A program made the translations under genes and the position numbers. The notes under the pieces were generated by a model. That model worked only from the letters and a program-made list of their open reading frames with translations, was not told the DNA's origin and searched no databases. A DNA stretch of 64,000 nt from Candidatus Saccharimonadales bacterium (GTDB lineage: Bacteria > Patescibacteriota > Saccharimonadia > Saccharimonadales > CAIOMD01): NCBI GenBank assembly GCA_046350635.1, contig JAXLZY010000001.1:11897-75896 (forward strand). The letters are read 5' to 3'. Each line of letters begins with the position of its first letter. Positions within the stretch are counted from its first letter, which is position 1. Positions 9,876 through 17,159 of the stretch are shown piece by piece.

Positions 9876-9915
9876 TTTCCATTCAACCAATTCTAAGCGT
9901 ACAATAACGATAGTT

Positions 9916-11418
9916 ATGGCCGTAAAAAGTCTCATCAATATTGGCTTTCAAAGTATCGAGATTGAGGTTGAGTGTAGCCTTACAAATGGCCTCCCTTCTA
10001 TGACAATTGTTGGCCTTGCCAGTAAGGCAGTTGATGAATCTAAGGAACGACTGCGAGCGGCTATTACTGCCAGTGGGTTCAGCTTTCCCCGTAAACGCAT
10101 TGTCGTCAACTTGGCACCAGCAGACATACCAAAAGATAGTGCCAGTCTAGACCTTGCTATTGCCGTTGCCTTATTGGCCGCTGATGGCCAAATCAAAGCT
10201 GATCTTTCTGATTATTTCTTTATCGGCGAACTATCTCTAGACGGTTCGCTACGACCAGTTCGCGGTATTATTGGTAAGCTCATGAGCCCGTTGTCACGTC
10301 AGTCGGCTGGCATCTTCATTGCCCATGATAATGCCAGACAGGCAGCGATTACCGATTCAGCTGCACCAATCTTCGCGGCCTCATCACTAAGCGATATCGT
10401 TATGCATCTCAATGCCACCAAGCCTTTATTGCCAGTTACTCACCTTACGCCAGATGCTCTCCATCACAAACTTACGACTAATACCGATTTTGCTGAAATC
10501 CATGGTCAAGATACAGCTAAGCGCGCACTTGTTATCGCGGCGGCTGGTGGACATAATGTACTTTTGTCTGGCCCGCCAGGGACTGGCAAATCGATGCTCG
10601 CAAAAGCATTTATTGGTATTTTACCGCCGTTGACAACCAGACAAATTATTGAGACTACACACATACATAGTCTTGCTAACATCACCTTTGATCAGTTAAT
10701 CATTGAACCACCACTTAGGTCACCTCACCACACTTCGAGTGATGTTGCCATTATTGGCGGTGGTCATAACGTTAGGCCGGGTGAAATTAGCCTAGCTCAC
10801 AACGGTGTACTCTTCTTAGATGAGCTACCAGAGTTTACTCGCCACACCATTGAGTCACTCCGACAACCACTTGAAGACGGTGTTATCACTATTGCGCGCG
10901 CTCAGCAAAGTGCACAATTACCCGCTCGATTCATACTAGTCGCCACTAGTAACCCATGCCCGTGCGGCTATTTATTTTCAGATAAGCCCTGTACCTGTAC
11001 TCCAGCTCAGATTCAAAAGTATCAAAAGAAGTTATCGGGCCCCATTATGGATCGTATCGATATGCACGTAACAGTTGGTATGGTCGAACATCGTAATATT
11101 TTAAAAGTTACCACCGAACGCACCAGCCCTGGGTTGCAAAAAAATGTTGCCCAAGCTCGTCGTATACAGTACGACCGCCAGCGACAAAAATTAAATGCCC
11201 GATTAAGCAATGCTGACCTCAAAAAATGGGCTCAGCTTGATACGGAAGGCGAAGAACTACTGGTTAAGGCTGCCGAAACACTCGGTTTATCGCCCCGCTC
11301 CTACGTACGTACCATAAAAGTTGCCCGAACTATCGCTGATATCGAAAATTCGACGGATATAAAAGCATCTCACATCGCCGAAGCGTTGCAATATCGACCA
11401 AGGCAATATACCTATTAA
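9916..11418 (+). CDS. comM: YifB/ComM family Mg-chelatase-like AAA+ ATPase
   Basis: Lon-like N-terminal domain, Walker A GPPGTGKSM, LFLDELPEF, and the Cys cluster NPCPCGY..CTC typical of ComM/YifB. Confidence 0.85.
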   Translation: MAVKSLINIGFQSIEIEVECSLTNGLPSMTIVGLASKAVDESKERLRAAITASGFSFPRKRIVVNLAPADIPKDSASLDLAIAVALLAADGQIKADLSDYFFIGELSLDGSLRPVRGIIGKLMSPLSRQSAGIFIAHDNARQAAITDSAAPIFAASSLSDIVMHLNATKPLLPVTHLTPDALHHKLTTNTDFAEIHGQDTAKRALVIAAAGGHNVLLSGPPGTGKSMLAKAFIGILPPLTTRQIIETTHIHSLANITFDQLIIEPPLRSPHHTSSDVAIIGGGHNVRPGEISLAHNGVLFLDELPEFTRHTIESLRQPLEDGVITIARAQQSAQLPARFILVATSNPCPCGYLFSDKPCTCTPAQIQKYQKKLSGPIMDRIDMHVTVGMVEHRNILKVTTERTSPGLQKNVAQARRIQYDRQRQKLNARLSNADLKKWAQLDTEGEELLVKAAETLGLSPRSYVRTIKVARTIADIENSTDIKASHIAEALQYRPRQYTY

Positions 11419-11426
11419 TGATTTAT

Positions 11427-11455
11427 TTGACCTCTGTAAGCCTATCTGTTATACT
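11427..11455 (+). promoter_or_regulatory. Promoter of the infC-rpmI-rplT operon (TTGACC, 17-nt spacer, TATACT)
   Basis: Hexamers at 11427-11432 and 11450-11455, followed by the AAGGAG Shine-Dalgarno sequence. Confidence 0.5.
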
Positions 11456-11481
11456 TTACCGTTGAATAAGGAGAATGCTAC

Positions 11482-12009
11482 ATTAACAAGCACACTCGCC
11501 TCAACGAAGCAATCCGAGCGAGCGTTTTACGAGTCATAGACCAGAACGGCAACCAGTTAGGAGTCATTTCTAAGCAGGAAGCCTTACAAGCAGCACGAGT
11601 TGCCGAGCTTGACCTGGTAGAAATCTCGCCAGACGCAGACCCACCGGTTGCAAAGATTGTAGACTGGGGCAAATTCAACTATCAACGAACGAAACAACTT
11701 CAAAAAAATAAGCGTAACGCCAAGGCTAGTGAGCTAAAGCAAATGCGATTTGGATTGAAGATTAGCGACCACGACATTGGCGTGAAGCTAAAAAAAGTGA
11801 GCTCGTTCCTCGCCGACGGAGACAAAGTGCGATTAAGCATTATTTACCGCGGCCGTGAACTTGCCCACAAAGAGCTTGGATACAAACTCATGGATAAATT
11901 GATAGCAGAGCTTGGAGAAAACGTAGTAGCTGATCAACAGCCCCAGTTCGCCGGAAGACAGTTAAGTGTAGTAGTAAGGAGCACACATGCCAAAGCTAAA
12001 AACGCATAG
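11482..12009 (+). CDS. infC: Translation initiation factor IF-3, probable AUU start
   Basis: The track shows only the C-terminal half (11743..12009). The same frame is open back to a stop at 11467-11469 and reads INKHTRLNEAIRASVLRVIDQNGNQLGVIS..., an IF-3 N-domain. ATT at 11482 lies 8 nt after AAGGAG. No in-frame ATG, GTG or TTG is available upstream of 11743. Confidence 0.8.
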   Translation: MNKHTRLNEAIRASVLRVIDQNGNQLGVISKQEALQAARVAELDLVEISPDADPPVAKIVDWGKFNYQRTKQLQKNKRNAKASELKQMRFGLKISDHDIGVKLKKVSSFLADGDKVRLSIIYRGRELAHKELGYKLMDKLIAELGENVVADQQPQFAGRQLSVVVRSTHAKAKNA

Positions 12010-12181
12010 CGGGACAAAAGACCGAGTGCGCATTACCAAGAACGGTAAGGCACTCTCCCGTAAAAATGGCGGAAATCACCTTCTTGAAAAGAAGAGTATG
12101 GCCCGCAAACGAACCTATAGTGGCGTTAAAGAAATCACTGGTTCAACCAAACGAAATATTAAGCGTAAATTAGGAGTCTAA
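11987..12181 (+). CDS. rpmI: 50S ribosomal protein L35
   Basis: MPKLKTHSGTKDRVRITKNGK.. is a typical L35. It sits between infC and rplT. Confidence 0.9.
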   Translation: MPKLKTHSGTKDRVRITKNGKALSRKNGGNHLLEKKSMARKRTYSGVKEITGSTKRNIKRKLGV

Positions 12182-12185
12182 GTAG

Positions 12186-12533
12186 ATGCGCGTTAAACGA
12201 GGTGTAACCTCTCACCAGAAGCACAACAAGATTCGCAAAGCCACCAAGGGCATGTCACATTCACGACGCCGTAGCGTACGTATGGGTCGCCAAGGTGTGG
12301 TTAAGGCGATGCAGTATTCGTACCGCGACCGACGCAATCACAAGCGCACCTTCCGCGCTTTATGGAATGCTCGTATTAATGCAGCCGCACGTCTTAATGG
12401 CGTTAGCTACAGCGTACTTATCAATGGCCTTAAAAAAGCTGATATCACCCTTGATCGCAAAGTTCTTGCCGAACTAGCTGTCAACGAACCAGCTGCCTTT
12501 AGTGCAGTGGTAAAAGCTGCAAAAATCGCCTAA
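12186..12533 (+). CDS. rplT: 50S ribosomal protein L20
   Basis: [46 protein letters not shown] is a typical L20. Confidence 0.9.
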   Translation: MRVKRGVTSHQKHNKIRKATKGMSHSRRRSVRMGRQGVVKAMQYSYRDRRNHKRTFRALWNARINAAARLNGVSYSVLINGLKKADITLDRKVLAELAVNEPAAFSAVVKAAKIA

Positions 12534-12551
12534 GTTTACGAACTACTACAC

Positions 12552-12587
12552 AAAAAAACACCTGCTTCATAGCAGGTGTTTTTTATT
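12552..12587. terminator. Bidirectional rho-independent terminator (rplT / rnpB)
   Basis: AAAAAAACACCTGCT-TCAT-AGCAGGTGTTTTTTATT. A and T runs on both sides allow it to serve both convergent transcripts. Confidence 0.7.
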
Positions 12588-12590
12588 GCC

Positions 12591-12930
12591 AGACCACCCG
12601 TAAGCCGGGTTCTGTTTTATCTGGCCATCTATCTAGGCTTGCGTATTGCTACGAAGCTCGAGCGGTAACAACGCGAACTCTGGCGGGCAGCCATCTGCAC
12701 TAGGCAGAAATGAGTCCACTCCTTGCAGCCGACAGGGTTTACCTCTTTACCGAGTCACCCCGGTAAACTGTGGGCTTTTACCCCACTCGTTTCACCCTTA
12801 CCCCATTTATAACGGGGCGGTATCGTTTCTGTGGCACTTTCCCTAGGATTACTCCTGGTTGTCGTTAACAACTGTCGCGCCCTATGCTGCCCGGACTTTC
12901 CTCCCACAGGGGGCGGCCAGTCGATGGTCT
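12591..12930 (-). ncRNA. rnpB: RNase P RNA (bacterial type A-like)
   Basis: The reverse complement contains the universal blocks GGAGGAAAGTCCGGGC, AGGGTGAAA and ACAGAACCCGGCTTA. The 5' AGACCATCG pairs with the 3' CGGGTGGTCT (P1). Ends are approximate. Confidence 0.85.
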
Positions 12931-12940
12931 AGCTCGTCTA

Positions 12941-13741
12941 TTATACCAACTCCGATGAAAGTCCGCTGTCATTCTTTTCGGCATCATCAAGAATCTTATT
13001 AACCTCAGTATCAGCCCGTTTGTTCATTTCACGCGGAACATGTGTAAAAGACACTTTAGCAAATTCAGTTAAAGTCTCTTTAATCGCTTGGTGGATCGGC
13101 CATAACTCACGGTTCTTGATTTTAAAAATTCCGTTCATTTGGTTTACGACAAGCAAGCTGTCCATGTAAACATGGACCATGTTTGCACCGAGATTCTTTG
13201 CCATTTTTAAGCCTTGTAATACAGCCTGGTATTCGGCTTGATTATTAGTTGTAATGCCTAAATACTTACCAGTATTTGTTACAACGTTATCTTCCATGTC
13301 TGTTATGACTACGCCCGTGGCTGAAGGACCTGGGTTGCCACGAGACCCCCCATCAGTAAAGAGTTTAACCTCTGTTATTATATTTGTATTTGTTACAACG
13401 TCTGCATGCTGATTATGCTTCGAAAATTCGTACGATATAACCTTTATCACTGTTTCACGGGTTACTGTATCTCCATAGAATTTACGAAACCTCGCAAGAA
13501 TTTTTTCTTCATCCCCGTATGTTTCATGTCCATTTTTATCATTATCATCGAGATCTTTAATGCGCTTTGTGACGACTTGGGTTATAGTTGCGTAGCCAAA
13601 GGGTTGCCCAGTATCACTATTTAAACATCGAATAACATCACCTACTTCTAATTGCTTTTCATCAAATAAACGCCAGGTTTTTGTGATTTCGCCTGACTCT
13701 ATACTTGGAATACTTGTGGCGGAAAATTTGAGTGGTTTCAT
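12941..13741 (-). CDS. ASCH-domain / RNase HI fusion protein
   Basis: Track ORF 12941..13885, trimmed to MKPLKF at 13741 because the upstream part overlaps tRNA sequence. The C-half DGGSRGNPGP..NNQAEYQAV..VYMDS..NKRAD is RNase H. The N-half aligns by eye with the ASCH protein YqfB. Confidence 0.75.
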   Translation of the reverse strand: MKPLKFSATSIPSIESGEITKTWRLFDEKQLEVGDVIRCLNSDTGQPFGYATITQVVTKRIKDLDDNDKNGHETYGDEEKILARFRKFYGDTVTRETVIKVISYEFSKHNQHADVVTNTNIITEVKLFTDGGSRGNPGPSATGVVITDMEDNVVTNTGKYLGITTNNQAEYQAVLQGLKMAKNLGANMVHVYMDSLLVVNQMNGIFKIKNRELWPIHQAIKETLTEFAKVSFTHVPREMNKRADTEVNKILDDAEKNDSGLSSELV

Positions 13742-13748
13742 ATTATTT

Positions 13749-13772
13749 TGGTCGGGGTGACAGGACTTGAAC
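13749..13772 (-). repeat. 24-nt exact copy of the tRNA-Pro 3' end (T-loop to CCA)
   Basis: tggtcggggtgacaggacttgaac occurs at 13749-13772 and again at 13850-13873, inside the intact tRNA. Confidence 0.9.
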
Positions 13773-13849
13773 TTACGGCTATCGCCGCAAGACTGCGCAT
13801 TAAATAACTTCGGTCGCAGGTTCAAGTGATTTGTCTTGTTAAATCTATG

Positions 13850-13925
13850 TGGTCGGGGTGACAGGACTTGAACCTGCGACCTCACGGCCCCCAGCCGTAC
13901 GCGCTACCAACTGCGCTACACCCCG
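13850..13925 (-). tRNA. tRNA-Pro (GGG)
   Basis: Hand-folded cloverleaf: CGGGGTG/CACCCCG acceptor, anticodon loop CTGGGGG, T-arm GCAGG-TTCAAGT-CCTGT, encoded CCA. Confidence 0.9.
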
Positions 13926-13944
13926 ATATCGTATTTGTAACTTT

Positions 13945-14089
13945 CAAAAAGAACCCCGAAGGGTGACTAAGCAACCGTTTGGATTCCTGCTGGAAACCAG
14001 GTGGGTCTCCGCAATTTGTCTCCACGGAGACAAATCATTAAGAGTCCCAAAAGCTTTAATATTCAGAAATCATTGCTTGTTGCTTAGTC
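13945..14089 (-). ncRNA. Candidate ~145-nt structured sRNA of unknown family
   Basis: On the minus strand: TATACT (-10) at 14096-14101. An 11-bp closing helix GACTAAGCAAC (14079-14089) / GTTGCTTAGTC (13965-13975). An internal perfect hairpin TTTGTCTCC-GTG-GAGACAAA. Terminator ACCC-TTCG-GGGT plus a T-run (13945-13964). Confidence 0.35.
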
Positions 14090-14125
14090 TATTAAAGTAT
14101 ACCGTACTGTTGGTAGCTTGCGCTA

Positions 14126-14755
14126 TTAGATTCCAAGTATTGCCTGTGCAACGACTTGGTATACATTATTTAGCACTGGTCCAAGTAATGGCATGCCCAA
14201 AATCACTAATACAGCGATAAGCAGGAAACCAAACTGTTCAATCCTGTCCATAAATTCTTGTACAACCGTGGGTGCGAACGCATAGAGCACGCGGGATCCG
14301 TCGAGTGGTGGAGTAGGAATAAGATTAAAAAGAGCAAATCCAACATTTATGTAAACAAAGTATATCCACCACGTTGTCCAATATACATCGTTAATTCCAC
14401 CGATTCGTAGTATCAACCCACCGATTCCAGCTAATACTATATTAGTAAGTGGTCCAGCTATGGCGACTAACGCCATGCCAAATTCATTCCATTTCAAACG
14501 GTGCCGTAAAACAGGCACCGGTTTTGCTGCTCCAAATATTGGTTGCCCAGTTACTGCTAATATGAGCGGTAACGCTAATGTCATAATTGGGTCAATGTGC
14601 GGAATTGGGTTAAGGGTTAACCTACCCTCTTCTTCGGCCGTATCATCACCTAAATATTTTGCGACATAGCCATGCGCTATCTCATGTAGGATTATAGATA
14701 TTACAATTACAAAAAATGTAATTATTCCAATGTACAGTTTATTACTAATAAGCAT
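14126..14755 (-). CDS. Site-2 protease family (M50) membrane zinc metalloprotease
   Basis: HEIAHGY (HExxH) lies in the first TM region. The protein is multi-pass hydrophobic with an NLIPTPPLDG motif. Confidence 0.8.
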   Translation of the reverse strand: MLISNKLYIGIITFFVIVISIILHEIAHGYVAKYLGDDTAEEEGRLTLNPIPHIDPIMTLALPLILAVTGQPIFGAAKPVPVLRHRLKWNEFGMALVAIAGPLTNIVLAGIGGLILRIGGINDVYWTTWWIYFVYINVGFALFNLIPTPPLDGSRVLYAFAPTVVQEFMDRIEQFGFLLIAVLVILGMPLLGPVLNNVYQVVAQAILGI

Positions 14756-14778
14756 ATGTTAAGTATAGCAAAGCAGAC

Positions 14779-14807
14779 TTGACTTTTACCTCTATAAACT
14801 GTAAAAT
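14779..14807 (+). promoter_or_regulatory. rpmB promoter (TTGACT, 17-nt spacer, TAAAAT)
   Basis: Hexamers at 14779-14784 and 14802-14807, about 28 nt upstream of the rpmB ATG. Confidence 0.5.
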
Positions 14808-14835
14808 TTACTACTGAATCTCAAAGGAATAAATC

Positions 14836-15027
14836 ATGCATACATGTGACGTAACTGGTAAGGGCAAGCAGTTTGGCAGCAATGTCAGCTTTTCGCAGCG
14901 CCATACTAAGAAAGTTTGGAAACCAAACCTCCAGACAAAGACGGTTATTGTTGATGGCAAAAAGGTAAAACTTCGTGTCAGCACACAAGCTATCCGCACT
15001 CTTAAGAAAAAGGGCCTACTCGTTTAG
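14836..15027 (+). CDS. rpmB: 50S ribosomal protein L28
   Basis: MHTCDVTGKGKQFGSNVSFSQRHTKKVWKPNLQ.. is a typical L28. Confidence 0.9.
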   Translation: MHTCDVTGKGKQFGSNVSFSQRHTKKVWKPNLQTKTVIVDGKKVKLRVSTQAIRTLKKKGLLV

Positions 15028-15047
15028 GCTTGGTTTTTTACTCTTAA

Positions 15048-15078
15048 AATACCCCCTCATTTAGTGAGGGGGTATTTT
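15048..15078. terminator. Bidirectional terminator hairpin
   Basis: AATACCCCCTCA..TGAGGGGGTATT flanked by A and T runs, between convergent rpmB and the MBL hydrolase gene. Confidence 0.65.
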
Positions 15079-15100
15079 AATATGAAGTTAATAAGACTCT

Positions 15101-15727
15101 CTACTTCTTAGAGCGCTCAATAACAACAACTCGAGTTTTATCACCAAGTTCTGATTCTTTAAGCTTAAGTACATCTACTCGCTCTGGTTCTGATGCACCA
15201 ATTTCACTCAAGAAAGTGTTGAGTTCAGCCTGGGGCAATTCATACTTTACGGCGCTATCTGCGTAATGTGTTGGGACAACAATTTTTGGCTCAATTTTCT
15301 TGACCAAACTCGCCGCACCAGTTGCATCAAGCGTATAGCCCGAACCGCCAACAGGGATAATCAGCACATCTATAAGGCCAAGTAATTCAAGCTGATCTTC
15401 GCTGAGGTTAGGGTGGACATGTCCGATAACCCCAATCGAAAATCCTTGCATTTGGATACTATACATTGTCGCTCGATGACCATCGGCATCAAGGTGTGCT
15501 TGCGCAGGAATACCCCGCACAGAAACTTCGGAAACTTCATATTCACCCGGACCTTCAATGAGGAACTTATTTGGATTCTTAGTCCCCTTTTCAAGAGTGA
15601 ACAACGCAATATCCTCTGCGGTAGCAACCGAACTTAGGCCAACATTTGCCAGCGTATCGTCCACTAAAACACTTACCTTTTTATTGCCGATACGAACACA
15701 GTTAGCACCGTAATACTGAATTTCCAT
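15101..15727 (-). CDS. MBL-fold metallo-hydrolase (UPF0173-like)
   Basis: MEIQYYGANCVRI.., GHVHPN and VPTHY motifs, with a size typical of small beta-lactamase-fold hydrolases. Confidence 0.6.
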   Translation of the reverse strand: MEIQYYGANCVRIGNKKVSVLVDDTLANVGLSSVATAEDIALFTLEKGTKNPNKFLIEGPGEYEVSEVSVRGIPAQAHLDADGHRATMYSIQMQGFSIGVIGHVHPNLSEDQLELLGLIDVLIIPVGGSGYTLDATGAASLVKKIEPKIVVPTHYADSAVKYELPQAELNTFLSEIGASEPERVDVLKLKESELGDKTRVVVIERSKK

Positions 15728-15736
15728 TCTGACTCC

Positions 15737-16393
15737 TTACAACAATTTATCTTTATCTATCAACACGATGTTCTTCGCAGTTAATAGATTTGAAACAAAC
15801 CTATCGTTAACCTGTTTTCGATACTTAAATTCATCTGTGCTGAATATACTATACCTGAGTTCTTTTTTCTCCGCTGCCTCGAGGTCAGCTATAGCGTGTT
15901 CTACGGCAGCATGGTTAACATCGCCGACGATAACGACATCAACACCCGGTGTCTCGTCACGAGTAAACTGACCAGTGTAAACCGCAAGGCTCACATTACC
16001 AGTTTTTAGTAGTTCTATTGCAAACGGATCTGTTACTGTCACTTCAACAACTTGCTCTACGACTTGCTGTTCTTGGACAGGAGCTTCTGAACTTTCTGAA
16101 ACTTTTGGTGTCTTCGCTGCTTTTTTAGGTTTGTATGCCTTACCACCAAACATACTACTAAGTGCAGCGTAGTGTTCGAACGACTGGTTGACCTCGTAGT
16201 ACAGTTTGTTGTTTGTATTATCAGATGTAATAATGCCAATGTTTAATAAATTAGCGAGCTCACGTCGAACCGAATTAATTTGCTCGTCGATTTTGCGCGT
16301 AATTTCTCGCACATAAAAAGATCGATTTGGGTTTTGGTAAAACAGTTGTAAAAGCTTCACCCTCGTCTTTGATCCAAACAGTTGTTCAATCAT
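15737..16393 (-). CDS. Winged-helix (ArsR-like) DNA-binding protein
   Basis: The N-terminus LFGSKTRVKLLQLFYQNPNRSFYVREITRKIDEQINSVRRELANL is a wHTH pattern. Confidence 0.55.
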   Translation of the reverse strand: MIEQLFGSKTRVKLLQLFYQNPNRSFYVREITRKIDEQINSVRRELANLLNIGIITSDNTNNKLYYEVNQSFEHYAALSSMFGGKAYKPKKAAKTPKVSESSEAPVQEQQVVEQVVEVTVTDPFAIELLKTGNVSLAVYTGQFTRDETPGVDVVIVGDVNHAAVEHAIADLEAAEKKELRYSIFSTDEFKYRKQVNDRFVSNLLTAKNIVLIDKDKLL

Positions 16394-16442
16394 GCTCTTA
16401 TTGTAGCAAGCTCAAGCTATGTTGGATAGAATAATTGTTATT

Positions 16443-17159
16443 TTAGCGAGGACGTCTTTCGGCAACAGAGGCCGATAAGTACTCAAGCGAATCATCAAGT
16501 GGTTCAAGCTCAGGCTCTACACCAGCATACTTAAGGGCTTTTCTTAGCAAAAAGTCTGCAAATTTTGATGATTTGGCAAGTATAGGACCGTGTAAGTACG
16601 ATCCATATACATTATTGTATACAGCACCTTCTGTATTATCCTCTGCATTATTACCTTGTCCAATTTTTGTCGCACCAATTGGCTTAACTGTCTTACCCAA
16701 ATACGTTCTTCCGCTATGATTTTCGTAGCCAATGAGTTTACCTAGCTCGTCAGCTTCTACCATTATATTACCTATAATTCTTGATGTGCCCGCAACAGTA
16801 TGAACATCTAAAATACCAATTCCCTGTATCTTCTCACCTTCGGTCGTCTTAAAATAATGACCAAACATCTGGTACATACCGCAAATCATTAGCATGGGAA
16901 CTCCTTGGTCAGCGTAGGATTTTAACAGCGCAGCTTTTTTACTTAAATCATCAGCAATATCAGACTGACCTTTGTCCTGCCCACCCCCACCAAGTATTAA
17001 ATGTACCTCTTTCGGAAACGAATCACCTACGCCAACGCGATGAATCATAACTGAATAACCTCGCCACTCAAGCCGTTGCTTCAGCACAAGTAAATTACCA
17101 TTGTCACCATAGATATTCATCTCTTTAGGGTATAGGTGCACAATGTGGATAGTTTTCAT
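16443..17159 (-). CDS. gatD: Lipid II isoglutaminyl synthase, glutamine amidotransferase subunit GatD
   Basis: CobB/CobQ-type GATase with Cys in MICGMYQMFG and His in YLHGP. It overlaps murT by 4 nt. Confidence 0.75.
   Translation of the reverse strand: MKTIHIVHLYPKEMNIYGDNGNLLVLKQRLEWRGYSVMIHRVGVGDSFPKEVHLILGGGGQDKGQSDIADDLSKKAALLKSYADQGVPMLMICGMYQMFGHYFKTTEGEKIQGIGILDVHTVAGTSRIIGNIMVEADELGKLIGYENHSGRTYLGKTVKPIGATKIGQGNNAEDNTEGAVYNNVYGSYLHGPILAKSSKFADFLLRKALKYAGVEPELEPLDDSLEYLSASVAERRPR

Noticed and set aside
9710-9907. 65-aa Lys/Arg-rich track ORF upstream of comM.
   Set aside because: It is built from A-rich hairpin loops and spans three hairpins plus a terminator. It is more plausibly non-coding RNA (see the finding at 9682-9915).
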